From positions 382,542 to 446,541 of the IMG/VR virus record IMGVR_UViG_3300036715_004471: DNA of 64,000 bases; one strand, 5' to 3'. Position 1 is the first letter of the stretch. Each line of letters starts with the position of its first letter. The notes beneath the pieces are model-generated. The model searched no databases and was not told the origin of the DNA. It saw only the letters and a list, made by a program, of their open reading frames with translations. This document shows positions 10,841 to 20,630 of this stretch, one piece after another. Made by a program: the position numbers and the translations under genes.

Positions 10841-10914
10841 TGGTTGGGAAACTGAGACTCGAACTCAGATAAACGGATTCAGAGTCCGTTGTCCTGCCGT
10901 TGAACGATTTCCCA
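10841..10914 (-). tRNA. tRNA-Gln(CTG)
   Basis: Cloverleaf, loop CTCTGAA, CCA. Confidence 0.92.
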
Positions 10915-10958
10915 ATAACAGGGTAGGTCACCATTGCCTACCCTCATATATCAGACTA

Positions 10959-11315
10959 TTAGTTGATTGATACCACTACTGCGGCACCAACATCTGATAC
11001 GTGGGAGGCTCTATTATCCGTTAGATAACGAGATAATGTTTCCACCGGATTCTCTGGTAGAGGATTCTCTACAATGAATTTTTCTGCTAACTCTCTCAAA
11101 GCTACAGTTAAGTCCGGATTATGAACCGAACAAACTACTTCCTTCTCACCAGAAACCCAACGAACAATAGAAACGTAATACGTTTCACGTGCGCGAGATA
11201 ACCAAGCAACAGTTAGTCCTGGCGCAGTACCATCAGATTGGTACGCGAAGTTAATAGCCTTGGTGATCTTATCAATTAACGTTTGTGTGTCCATTTTACT
11301 TATCTCTCCATTCAA
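10959..11315 (-). CDS. hypothetical protein
   Basis: ORF coupled to tsf. Confidence 0.6.
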   Translation of the reverse strand: MNGEISKMDTQTLIDKITKAINFAYQSDGTAPGLTVAWLSRARETYYVSIVRWVSGEKEVVCSVHNPDLTVALRELAEKFIVENPLPENPVETLSRYLTDNRASHVSDVGAAVVVSIN

Positions 11316-12300
11316 AATTTGAATTATTTAAAACGCCTTTTTCAAAATTTGGATCTGGCGTAGCAGGAACACCTGACAACTTAGCAACTTCATCAGAGAA
11401 ATTGCCTTTAGTTTGCTGTTCTATTCCTTCACCAACTTGACAACGAATGAAATTCACAATCTCAATCTTGCCACCTAATTGAGCTGCATATTGTGTGTCA
11501 ATAAGTTGCTCTATACTTTTCTTAGGAACCACTACTGATTCCTGTTTAGTCAAACAAACCTCAGTATACCATTTATTAAGCTTGCCTTCAATAATTCTAG
11601 CCCATTGTACTTGAGGTTTTCCAAGCCCTTCTACTTGAGCTTGAAAAATATCTTTTTGTCGATTAAGCACATCTTCTGGTAACTTATCTGGTGATATTGC
11701 TATCGGATTCATTGCCACAATTTGCATTGCTAAATCGTAACCAATTTGTGCAAATGCTTCTGAATTAGCAATTTCTACAGATGGAGCTTTCAATGTAACT
11801 ATTGAAGCTAGTTTATCAGCAGGATGATGTACATATCCAAACACGCGACACGTGTCGTCGATGGGCTCCTCGATCCACCAACGATTGAATACGCATTTTT
11901 CTTTAACTTTAGCAGACAATTCTGTTTGTGCCGTAAGCGCCTCACCATTTGTTAATTTATCGAATGGTAATCCCACCACATGAACTGCGGCAATACTAAA
12001 CCACACTTCTTCCGCGAACCCTCTAAATTCCGGGCTTCTAGCTACAAAATCAGTTTCACAATTTACTTCTAACATCAAAACAGCTTTACTACCAACTGGT
12101 AATTGTACAGGTCCCGCCAATACAATACCTTCAGCGGCGATTTTACCCTCTCTACCAGAAACAATATTCTGTCCCTTGGTTTTGATAATATCAACGGCTT
12201 TTTGTAGATCATCGCCCGCCTCTTTCAAAGCATCATTACAATCTTTCATACCAGCTTGGGTAAGGGCGCGTAATTCTTTTAATAATTCTGATTTATTCAT
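11296..12300 (-). CDS. tsf: translation elongation factor Ts
   Basis: KELRALTQAGMKDC, AAEG, EVNCETDFVA, LAMQIVAMNP, IIEGKL, FIRCQVGEGI. Confidence 0.95.
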   Translation of the reverse strand: MNKSELLKELRALTQAGMKDCNDALKEAGDDLQKAVDIIKTKGQNIVSGREGKIAAEGIVLAGPVQLPVGSKAVLMLEVNCETDFVARSPEFRGFAEEVWFSIAAVHVVGLPFDKLTNGEALTAQTELSAKVKEKCVFNRWWIEEPIDDTCRVFGYVHHPADKLASIVTLKAPSVEIANSEAFAQIGYDLAMQIVAMNPIAISPDKLPEDVLNRQKDIFQAQVEGLGKPQVQWARIIEGKLNKWYTEVCLTKQESVVVPKKSIEQLIDTQYAAQLGGKIEIVNFIRCQVGEGIEQQTKGNFSDEVAKLSGVPATPDPNFEKGVLNNSNFEWRDK

Positions 12301-12316
12301 GACTTCACCTTAAATA

Positions 12317-12610
12317 CTACATCCATAATATGACTATATCTTTTACAAACCCAAACTCAGCCATTGGATTAGTTTTGACAATAAAACCATCTAATTCTAG
12401 CATAGCTTTTACTTTAATAAAGACTGTGTTTCTAATCTTTTTCTTATATAAATCATTATGATGGCTTGCACTCGGATAATGAAGACTGAATTGACCATTA
12501 ACTGCCGAGTTTCTACAACAATCTATAATATGTTTATAGAGCTCATATTCTTCGGTCTTATAAAAATTCATTCGTTCAGCTAATTCTTTAAATTCTTCAG
12601 CTTTATTCAT
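12317..12610 (-). CDS. hypothetical protein
   Basis: ORF in operon. Confidence 0.6.
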   Translation of the reverse strand: MNKAEEFKELAERMNFYKTEEYELYKHIIDCCRNSAVNGQFSLHYPSASHHNDLYKKKIRNTVFIKVKAMLELDGFIVKTNPMAEFGFVKDIVILWM

Positions 12611-12613
12611 AAT

Positions 12614-12997
12614 TTACCTAACTTCTAAATACCAGCGCATGTTGTTAACATAAAGCGAATGACGTAACGAATATTTATAAAGAGGATCATAAATTTTCTT
12701 AGATACAGGATCCCAAACCACTGCATGACCCGATTTTCTACCTGTTTTCCAAACAATAGATAGTATTGCAGCAGTTTTGATATCAGTTAATTTTTTAACT
12801 GGAGCCTTAACCGTTACTGACAATTTGATTTTGTTTAATAAACGTTTACAATCTTTCAGAAAAAATGATTTGTATTTAGAACCTTTTTTATGATTTGGAT
12901 AAGCTATTTTTATTATTTCATTATGCGGAATGTCTTTGATCATCGCCACACAAGTAGGGAAACAATCGCCGTAAAATCTTTGTCTTAATTTACGCAC
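12614..12997 (-). CDS. peptidase C39-like protein
   Basis: Q..DCFPTCVAM, GHAVVW, YDP. Confidence 0.6.
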   Translation of the reverse strand: MRKLRQRFYGDCFPTCVAMIKDIPHNEIIKIAYPNHKKGSKYKSFFLKDCKRLLNKIKLSVTVKAPVKKLTDIKTAAILSIVWKTGRKSGHAVVWDPVSKKIYDPLYKYSLRHSLYVNNMRWYLEVR

Positions 12998-13203
12998 TGA
13001 TATACTCCAATTGAGTAAAGAATTACAGCAGCAATGCTAACACTGCTTTAATAAAGCAATAACAACTAAAAATTAAAATAACAACAGACACCCAATGTCT
13101 GTTGTTTCTTTTTTCATATGATTTCTTTACTCTTGCAAAGAACAAAGAAGATAGAATTATCCAAAACCAAAATATCAATAGCATTTGAATCTCTAATCAA
13201 AAT

Positions 13204-13277
13204 TGGAGCGGGCGCCGGGAATCGAACCCGGATAGCTAGCTTGGAAGGCTAGAGCACAACCACTATGCCACGCCCGC
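13204..13277 (-). tRNA. tRNA-Gly(TCC)
   Basis: Cloverleaf, loop CTTCCAA, U73-CCA. Confidence 0.93.
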
Positions 13278-13309
13278 ATACCTGAACTTATATATCAGGT
13301 TATGCACAA

Positions 13310-13809
13310 TTATCCGATCCAAGATTCTATAAAAATTTTGGGCTCTCCTACATCAATACCAAATTCTTTTTCTAATTTGCTTTTCAATTCCAAAAGTTTT
13401 TCTTTATTCTGTTCGATCCAAGAAATAGGAACCACAGTATTGGAAACTACAACCCCGCCACATTTAATTGCTTCGGATTGAGGAAATTCCAAATAGAAAT
13501 TAATATCAGCAACATCTCCGGCGGCATCAAATGGGATAGAAATTTCACAATCAAACTTTTTGTGAAAGAAATCAGTTTCTTGCACTAATGCCCAAAGGTC
13601 TTCGTAAGTTTCGCCTTCGTAATCTACCAACAGGTAAAACCCGCCAACCTCATCCATTATCTTTACTGGCTTAAGTTTTTTCCACTCTTAGGATCAAAAC
13701 GATCTTCGTAATGAAATTTCTCTTCATGTAGAGAAGAATATGGTTTCATGACATCATCTTGATTTAAGGTATAACCAACTCTTAAATAAAAAGTATAATC
13801 AATTCCCAT
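13310..13809 (-). CDS. hypothetical protein split by an apparent 1-nt deletion in an A6 run (~13680)
   Basis: Upstream ORF MGIDYTFYLRVG..PKSGK joins 13310..13657 frame if one A is added. Confidence 0.55.
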
Positions 13810-14057
13810 ATTTATTCCGTCTGACAACCCAGACTTTCACAATAACCATTGATACAATCAACAGTTAAACATCCCGCCGCAACAATGCAGTCATTAGGCT
13901 GAATACATGTTACTCCGGGCTCAATCTTGCATCCAGTATTAGGTCCTTCCACCTTACAATCACTACTGCTACAATTAATCACAAAGAGCAGCAAAATGCC
14001 CAATATTAATTTATTCATTATTTTTCTTTCTAAATCTAAAATATTAATGACTGATAA

Positions 14058-14132
14058 TGGTAGGCGATAAGGGATTCGAACCCCTGACTTCCTGCGAGTC
14101 AAGCAAGCACTCTACCACTGAGTTAATCGCCC
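14058..14132 (-). tRNA. tRNA-Val(GAC)
   Basis: Cloverleaf, loop TTGACTC, CCA. Confidence 0.9.
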
Positions 14133-14156
14133 ATAAATTATTTACACTTTTCTAAT

Positions 14157-14230
14157 TGGTAGGACCTGATGGAATCGAACCATCGAGTTAGCCTTGTAAA
14201 AGCTACATTATACCATTTAATTAAGGTCCC
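14157..14230 (-). tRNA. tRNA-Val(TAC)
   Basis: Cloverleaf, loop TTTACAA, CCA. Confidence 0.88.
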
Positions 14231-14289
14231 AAAAGCCGGTCTCTCCCTACTTGTCACACCACTATGGTAAGGTGTCACCCTAGTTTAAT

Positions 14290-14364
14290 TGGTCGTCGGT
14301 GAGGGATTCGAACCCACGACTTACACGGTGTAAACGTGTCACTCTACCGCTGAGTTAACCGACG
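14290..14364 (-). tRNA. tRNA-Val(TAC)
   Basis: Cloverleaf, loop TTTACAC, CCA. Confidence 0.9.
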
Positions 14365-14367
14365 ATG

Positions 14368-14443
14368 TGGTCCCGGATGTGGGAGTCGAACCCACTAAAA
14401 ATCGCGTATGAAACGACCGCTCAATCCGATAAGCATATCCGGG
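14368..14443 (-). tRNA. tRNA-Met/Ile2(CAT)
   Basis: Cloverleaf, loop TTCATAC, CCA. Confidence 0.8.
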
Positions 14444-14538
14444 AAAGTACTGTATATATATCACATTATGTATGTCTGATATTTAATAATTCAATTATAT
14501 GATTTTTAAATCATATAATTACAAACCAAGGAGTTATA

Positions 14539-15480
14539 ATGCCTACTTTAAATCCGCCAAAATGTTTCAATTCAACTATGTCATCAAAACCTGGCACCGG
14601 ACCAGTACTAGTAAACAATGTTAACTATCCAGTAAATAGTATGTATACAAATAATACATATTTATGGGATGGCACTAATTGGTCAACAACATCTAGTAAT
14701 GTTATTGATGCATCCGGACCGCTTCCTACAAGACAAAATAGTTGTTCTTCTGAGTTTTTTGGTGCTTCTGGCACAAATCATAATACTGTAATGGTATTTG
14801 GTGGTCAAAGCAGCTCTTCTTTATTAAGAGACACATGGGTATTTGATGGGACTAGTTGGACAAACCCAACACAATCCGGGTCTCCTAGTGCAAGGTACTC
14901 AGCAGCTATGTCATGTGGTTTTTCCGCATTATCAAAAGTTTTGTTATTTGGTGGAAAAAATGAACATGATGTTTTGGGTGACACTTGGTTATGGGATGGA
15001 CATACTAATACATGGGCACAAAAAACACTTGACGTATCACCATCTGCCAGATATGGAGCCAAATTAGTGGGCGGAATTTCTGCTGGAAGAAACTCTATAT
15101 TATTTGGAGGCGCTAATAATTTTGAGCTTTTAAATGATACATTTAGATGGAATGATGCCGCAGAAACTTGGGTAAAATTAACCCCTACGCACTCACCATC
15201 AGCAAGATTTGACCATGTTATGGGAAAAGATGCCGCAAATAGTAACGTTATTGTATTATTTGGCGGATTAAATCAAGACTCTGTACTTTCAGATACATGG
15301 GTTTTTAATGGTACTGATTGGACACAACAGTCTCCCGCAAGTTCTCCATCTGCACGTTATGGCGCTCATATGAGTTATGATGTCACTTCAGGGGCATTAA
15401 TATTATTTGGTGGCACAAATGGATCCACAGTATTTAATGATACTTGGAAATGGACCGGCACAAATTGGGTTCAACTATAA
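14539..15480 (+). CDS. Kelch-repeat beta-propeller protein
   Basis: Repeated SPSAR....LFGG....DTW.WDG..W units. Confidence 0.9.
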   Translation: MPTLNPPKCFNSTMSSKPGTGPVLVNNVNYPVNSMYTNNTYLWDGTNWSTTSSNVIDASGPLPTRQNSCSSEFFGASGTNHNTVMVFGGQSSSSLLRDTWVFDGTSWTNPTQSGSPSARYSAAMSCGFSALSKVLLFGGKNEHDVLGDTWLWDGHTNTWAQKTLDVSPSARYGAKLVGGISAGRNSILFGGANNFELLNDTFRWNDAAETWVKLTPTHSPSARFDHVMGKDAANSNVIVLFGGLNQDSVLSDTWVFNGTDWTQQSPASSPSARYGAHMSYDVTSGALILFGGTNGSTVFNDTWKWTGTNWVQL

Positions 15481-15497
15481 TCTGATATAAGGCTCAT

Positions 15498-15532
15498 AAT
15501 ATGACCCGCATATTTTATATGCGGGTCATATT
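15498..15532. terminator. bidirectional intrinsic terminator
   Basis: Inverted repeat ATATGACCCGCATA/TATGCGGGTCATAT between convergent genes. Confidence 0.8.
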
Positions 15533-16092
15533 TATACGTCTTCTTTTAATTCTAATACCTGAGAAAATCTTGGCAATGCCAAACCAGTTCCATAACTCCA
15601 AGTGTGATCCCCGAACTGACGGTAACCATAAGATCCTAATTCAATGCCTTTACACATCAAATCATAACCTTCGATTGTTTTAACAACACTGATTTTGCAG
15701 TCTCCAAGACTTTCCATGAGAGCGCGGGCGCTATCCATAATTTCAAATACATTTTTAGAATTAGGATTTACTTCAATTAATTCAACCTTAAAAAAGTATA
15801 AACCATGCCATTCATCAACCTGCTCATCTCTGAAACAAGGAGAGGCAGCACAATATTTACCCTTTGGTAATTTATTTTCTACCATCATTTGAATAAAACC
15901 TTGTTCGGCAGAGCCGACTAAATATCCAGGATTTTTGTTTGGATGATCCAACTTAAATCCATATCTATTGTAAGGAAGAGTAACCTCAATGGCTGAGAAT
16001 GGAACAATCCAAGGAGCCTCCATATATGTAAACTCATTGTCCACAAAATGTTGAACAGCTTTGCCTACCCAAACCCAATTGATGGGAGTCAT
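15532..16092 (-). CDS. stand-alone class II aminoacyl-tRNA synthetase-like catalytic domain
   Basis: GSAEQ, motif 2 SPCFRDE, FFKVEL, ELGS, motif 3 GTGLALPR; only 186 aa. Confidence 0.7.
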   Translation of the reverse strand: MTPINWVWVGKAVQHFVDNEFTYMEAPWIVPFSAIEVTLPYNRYGFKLDHPNKNPGYLVGSAEQGFIQMMVENKLPKGKYCAASPCFRDEQVDEWHGLYFFKVELIEVNPNSKNVFEIMDSARALMESLGDCKISVVKTIEGYDLMCKGIELGSYGYRQFGDHTWSYGTGLALPRFSQVLELKEDV

Positions 16093-16334
16093 TTTCGTTT
16101 ACCTTCCCTAAATGCCGATGATGTCATTTCCGACATCTGTTTAATGTCTATCATAGTCATGCCATACTTAGATTGTAAATAACCCTCAATGGCGCCATAC
16201 AAATCAGATAATTCTACCAACTCAAGAATCTTACCACCTTGTTCATGAGCATCCAGTAATTCCTCCCACTCTTCTTGAATTTTGGAAAAGTCTCCGAAAC
16301 TACCTTTTGTTATCTCACGAATATGATATCCTAT
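16089..16334 (-). CDS. small MazG/HisE-like all-alpha NTP pyrophosphatase (ATA start; absent from ORF track)
   Basis: Manual translation IGYHIREITKGSFGDFSKIQEEWEELLDAHEQGGKILELVELSDLYGAIEGYL..; EExxE..ELSD; GAGG upstream; ATGA overlap with next gene. Confidence 0.65.
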   Translation of the reverse strand: MGYHIREITKGSFGDFSKIQEEWEELLDAHEQGGKILELVELSDLYGAIEGYLQSKYGMTMIDIKQMSEMTSSAFREGKRK

Positions 16335-16344
16335 ACAGCCTCAC

Positions 16345-17229
16345 TTAAAGATGTTTCATTATAATACTATAGAATTCCTCTAGGTTAACGTGATCAGGAA
16401 GTCCTGCCGAACCACCATCATTCACTTCAATGACCCACCATTTATCATCTTCAGCTTGAACAATATCCAAAGCCACAAATGGACTCTTGATTCTTTTACC
16501 AATTTCAATCAACCAACTCATTGGAGGAAATTCTACATTCTCAGGATAAACAGCATCATTGCCCCAATAAGGAGTAGTAAATACTGGCGTTCCTTTTACA
16601 AAGAAAGTTCTAAACTCTACTGGTAAGGGCATTCTGCTTTTTGGATGAAGCCCAATCTTTTTCAAAGAAAGAAAATCTCGACAAACTAATCCGCCGTAGA
16701 AGTCTCTACCCTGTAACTTAAAGAAGTTGCTCATGACACGTAACGACTCTTTTTGATCAGATGCGTCTCTAATGAAACACGCGTCATACCATTCATGTTT
16801 ACGGCTTTTCAAGTAATCTTTAATCAAGATTGATTTGTCATTAAATTCTTCTGCAATCTTCTTAGAAATGGCTGGAAGACCGGCATTTGCAATATCATCA
16901 GCCGGAATAATCATTGAATATGGAGTGTATTCTTTCAGTTCTACGTACCATTCTGGAAAATTATAAGACCACATATAGTCTTGATAAGAGTTAACCAACT
17001 CCGCGCCCAAACTATCCATCTCTTGGTAAACGGAAGGTTTAACAATCCATCCTCGATAAAGAGTAGGAGTTTGTTTATTGAAAATAGACATTGGGGATCC
17101 GAAATGACTTTCACTTAGAATACTCACACCAAACCCAACGGATCCGGCAGCTCCCGCTTCGTTCTGCCAAAAACTGTCTACTTGGCGCGGAGAACTAAGA
17201 TTAGTAGGGAATAAGATATTCATTTTCAC
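16345..17229 (-). CDS. ATP-grasp domain protein (DUF4343/R2K-like)
   Basis: LYRGW, IKDYLKSRKHEW, EFRTF, FVALD, VIEVNDG. Confidence 0.8.
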   Translation of the reverse strand: MKMNILFPTNLSSPRQVDSFWQNEAGAAGSVGFGVSILSESHFGSPMSIFNKQTPTLYRGWIVKPSVYQEMDSLGAELVNSYQDYMWSYNFPEWYVELKEYTPYSMIIPADDIANAGLPAISKKIAEEFNDKSILIKDYLKSRKHEWYDACFIRDASDQKESLRVMSNFFKLQGRDFYGGLVCRDFLSLKKIGLHPKSRMPLPVEFRTFFVKGTPVFTTPYWGNDAVYPENVEFPPMSWLIEIGKRIKSPFVALDIVQAEDDKWWVIEVNDGGSAGLPDHVNLEEFYSIIMKHL

Positions 17230-17882
17230 TCGTTAACTGGAATGTTCATTCCTTCAAAAACTTTTAACTTGTATGACAACCTATGTAGCGGACTGTATCC
17301 ATACTTGGTAATACCCGCAATGTGTTGACCATCTGCACCATAATAACCAACATTGTTGACCCAATCATAATGAGGATACTTAAGATGATAATCTCTCATT
17401 TTTTTGTCACGGTACGTCTTAGCAAGAATACTTGCCGCCATGACTGATGGGACTAGCGTGTCCGCTTTAACGAGCGAGACCTTATCATAGTCATCCACGC
17501 CTAAATTGTCAAATTTTAGATTTCCATCGCAAATTAATAATGATTCGTCAGTGTATAAAGATTTGAAATTTTCAACGTAACAATCTTTCAAAGCGACGCT
17601 AACACCGAATTTATCAATCTCAGCATTGGTTCTTTCTGCCAAATGAAATTTAATAGTACCAGCCTCAATGATTTTCATCAATTGATCTCGCATCACATTG
17701 CGACGGTTCTCACTCAATTTTTTTGAGTCGTTCAACCCAGCCAAAGTCCATCCTTTAGGGGCGCGAACACCGCAAACAACTAATGGTCCGGCAATAGATC
17801 CATAGCCAACCTCATCACAACCTACAATAGAGGTTTTCTTTTCTAAGAGGCTTTTCAATTCTTCATATTTAATTTGTGCCAT
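17226..17882 (-). CDS. rnhB: ribonuclease HII
   Basis: GCDEVGYG..AGP, DSKKL, DG, KAD, AASILAK, HRLS. Confidence 0.93.
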   Translation of the reverse strand: MAQIKYEELKSLLEKKTSIVGCDEVGYGSIAGPLVVCGVRAPKGWTLAGLNDSKKLSENRRNVMRDQLMKIIEAGTIKFHLAERTNAEIDKFGVSVALKDCYVENFKSLYTDESLLICDGNLKFDNLGVDDYDKVSLVKADTLVPSVMAASILAKTYRDKKMRDYHLKYPHYDWVNNVGYYGADGQHIAGITKYGYSPLHRLSYKLKVFEGMNIPVNE

Positions 17883-17888
17883 AACGGA

Positions 17889-18119
17889 TCACCAAAACAC
17901 TTTGTTTTTGATTAACTTATCACAGAATACAATTACTCTCTTCAATTTTTCATCAAGAGAATCCAATTTATCTATTCCTTCCCAACATACCCCATTTTCG
18001 GATAAAGGAAATCTAAATAACCTTCTGCCACGAGAAAAAGAATTAACATCCCAAATGGCAACAGAGAATTTGGCTACTACAACCAAATACCCTTCCACTT
18101 CGTATTCTTTATTATCCAC
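17889..18119 (-). CDS. small protein with C-terminal ..NKVFW motif
   Basis: ORF in operon; shared C-terminus. Confidence 0.65.
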   Translation of the reverse strand: MDNKEYEVEGYLVVVAKFSVAIWDVNSFSRGRRLFRFPLSENGVCWEGIDKLDSLDEKLKRVIVFCDKLIKNKVFW

Positions 18120-18855
18120 GCGCCACTGTCCCTTCCATACAATCTAATACAGAATCAGGATCGCACTGATAAATACCAGATGCCCAAATAGGATTAGTTT
18201 CAATTACTGCCCAACCTTTGTTGGGAATAATTCCTACATCAATCACACACCCGGGCACAGGATCAATCTCCTTGAGAAGATTGTTAACGAATTCATCTGG
18301 TCTAATGTGATCGCCAGGAATCATATATTGATATCGAGGATCATTTATCTCCCCAAAGAACAGATAATTCGACCAAGTTTTAACTCGATTGTCTTTAACA
18401 AAGCATCTATATTCTACGTCCCATTGAACCACGTCTGATACCAAAACTGGACAATCATCCGCAATTAATTCATTGGGCTGAAACTCACCGGCTTCATAAA
18501 CTTTGGCATCGAAACATTTATCATCTGCTGGTTTGATAAATTTCTTGACATTGATTTTCTTAGCGTCAGCCAAGGTCATGAAATCTACCCGACGCTTAAG
18601 ATAATGACGAGGTACTTTAGTCAACCAATCAAATGAATTTTGATGAAGCTTCCATCCCATTTGCTGAGCGATAACTTCACAAAAGATTTGCGAACCATAT
18701 GGAATTCCAACTTGATGAGTTTGAATCAATTCATCATCCAAACGCCAGCCACCTGGTGCAGGAATAACTTCCCACCCCTTTTCTCTGGCAGACATTTGTA
18801 AAGCAATAATCTCATTGTGAGACGTGCCCACACGCGGCTGAGTAATGAATAACAT
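18112..18855 (-). CDS. ATP-grasp domain protein (DUF4343-like)
   Basis: FIKPADDKCF, EYRCF, VIDVG, WAVIETN. Confidence 0.8.
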   Translation of the reverse strand: MLFITQPRVGTSHNEIIALQMSAREKGWEVIPAPGGWRLDDELIQTHQVGIPYGSQIFCEVIAQQMGWKLHQNSFDWLTKVPRHYLKRRVDFMTLADAKKINVKKFIKPADDKCFDAKVYEAGEFQPNELIADDCPVLVSDVVQWDVEYRCFVKDNRVKTWSNYLFFGEINDPRYQYMIPGDHIRPDEFVNNLLKEIDPVPGCVIDVGIIPNKGWAVIETNPIWASGIYQCDPDSVLDCMEGTVARG

Positions 18856-18864
18856 AATTTTAAA

Positions 18865-19113
18865 TCACCAAAATGCTCTGTTTTTTATAAAACGTTCGCA
18901 GATTTTTTTAATTTGAACGGGTATTTCTTCCCCAAACCAGGTAAAATTACCATCTCGAAAATCCGCAGCCGCCAAATACAACCAATAACTATAGATAGTT
19001 AAAGATTCTTCACCATATTTCCAAACATACACTGTGTGCTTATCATCTGTTAAAATGTGCATGTCGTCTATCTTATAGATATCTTTATCTATTGAATAAA
19101 TAATTGGTTCCAT
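18865..19113 (-). CDS. small protein ending ..NRAFW
   Basis: Paralog of 19135..19389 (YKID..YVWKY..YW.Y.A). Confidence 0.7.
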   Translation of the reverse strand: MEPIIYSIDKDIYKIDDMHILTDDKHTVYVWKYGEESLTIYSYWLYLAAADFRDGNFTWFGEEIPVQIKKICERFIKNRAFW

Positions 19114-19134
19114 TTTTATTTCTTTTGAAAATAA

Positions 19135-19389
19135 TTACCAAAATGCTTTATTTGCCAAAGTTCTTGTACAAAATTTTGCCAATTCTAATGGAATAAAACG
19201 TTCCCAATTGTAACCTAATTTACCATTTTTGATTTTGGAACTAGCAACATAAACCCAAAATCCTAACTTATCAGACACAGGATTGTATTTCCAGATGTAT
19301 AATAAGTTAGGACTAAAATCAATTTTGTAATTATCATTACCTATTGAAAGAGAAAGTTGCTTTTTTATTTCTGAGATATTTTTTGACAT
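19135..19389 (-). CDS. small protein ending ..NKAFW
   Basis: Paralog of 18865..19113. Confidence 0.7.
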   Translation of the reverse strand: MSKNISEIKKQLSLSIGNDNYKIDFSPNLLYIWKYNPVSDKLGFWVYVASSKIKNGKLGYNWERFIPLELAKFCTRTLANKAFW

Positions 19390-19451
19390 GAATCACCACA
19401 AATGCGAAGAGGCGGAAAAACCGCCTCTTCAATCAAGAATCACTAACATTT

Positions 19452-19799
19452 TCAGTTCACTTGAGTATTAGTTACCTTATGTTGCAATTCGTATTCTTCA
19501 ATTAAGAAGATACAATCATATGCTTGACTTACCGCATCTCCAAAATAAGCATTCTTACAAATGCTCTGTAAGAAACTCTTAATATGTGGTAAAGACTCCA
19601 TCTTTACATAACCAGCCTCAATGGCTTGCGCAACACCAGTATCCAGAATAGTTTCTACTTGATTTTGAATTTGCCAACCTAATTTATTGTATTCTCTACA
19701 AATATTGATTATGTCAGAAATATCTAGTGGGATACTGTATTCTTCATCATTAGCGCTATTATTGACAATATTTGTCAATTTCAAATCTTGGGCAGTCAT
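19452..19799 (-). CDS. hypothetical protein
   Basis: GGAG RBS; followed by hairpin ~19406-19430. Confidence 0.7.
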   Translation of the reverse strand: MTAQDLKLTNIVNNSANDEEYSIPLDISDIINICREYNKLGWQIQNQVETILDTGVAQAIEAGYVKMESLPHIKSFLQSICKNAYFGDAVSQAYDCIFLIEEYELQHKVTNTQVN

Positions 19800-19904
19800 A
19801 AATACTCCATCTTAAGAAAGTATGAAAATCATATAATAATACGAATCTAAGTGAACCTCCAGGTTAATCGAACATATACAATATATCAAATTAAACACTA
19901 ATGA

Positions 19905-20306
19905 TCACTGAAATACTTTCATTCTCGATAAGCGCGCAGTAAATTTCATCATCTCCAAAAGTACATCTGGAGATACAATTGCGGCACTTCTGGGATCTTT
20001 CTGGAAAAACTCTGTCCAATCCACACCGACAAATCTTTGATCATTCTTAGGATATAAGAGACCAAATGTTTTGTTACGCCCATGAGATTCATACAAATGG
20101 ACTCTTAATTCATTGATTTCATCTGCTGGAACGTCTTGTGGAGCGTAAACGCTAAAAGAAAACATATTCTCAACAGAGAAACAAAATAGAACCCAGCGTT
20201 TTGAATCGAACTCTTTTTCTGCCTGAAAAGGATAAAGCACAACTAATTCTTTTAATAGATTATTTTTGGTGAGGGATCTCACATCATCGAACGTTAGATT
20301 TTTCAT
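19905..20306 (-). CDS. hypothetical protein ending ..RMKVFQ
   Basis: ORF in operon. Confidence 0.65.
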   Translation of the reverse strand: MKNLTFDDVRSLTKNNLLKELVVLYPFQAEKEFDSKRWVLFCFSVENMFSFSVYAPQDVPADEINELRVHLYESHGRNKTFGLLYPKNDQRFVGVDWTEFFQKDPRSAAIVSPDVLLEMMKFTARLSRMKVFQ

Positions 20307-20629
20307 AGCTTTAGACTAGCTTTCTTAGCTTTCTCTAGGGAAGATTTGATTGCAGTATACAAATCCTCAATTGAAAAACCTGGAACAGCGGTTCCGGTAG
20401 AGTGAAATTCTTCTGCTTTCTTGTGGCACTCTTCACATAATGAAATACCATTTTCCTTAACATACCCACCATTTGGTAATTCATTTCTATCTGTTATGTG
20501 GTGGGCATCCAATTCTTGTTCGGCTTTTTGAAAAGATGATTTATATCCACAAGTCACACAACTGTAACTGTCTCTTCTAAAGCAATCATCTCGGAATTTT
20601 TGACGAACAAATTTCTTTTGGGCACTCAT
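20303..20629 (-). CDS. HNH endonuclease
   Basis: CVTCG..LDAHHI..NGISLCEECH. Confidence 0.85.
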   Translation of the reverse strand: MSAQKKFVRQKFRDDCFRRDSYSCVTCGYKSSFQKAEQELDAHHITDRNELPNGGYVKENGISLCEECHKKAEEFHSTGTAVPGFSIEDLYTAIKSSLEKAKKASLKL

Positions 20630-20630
20630 A

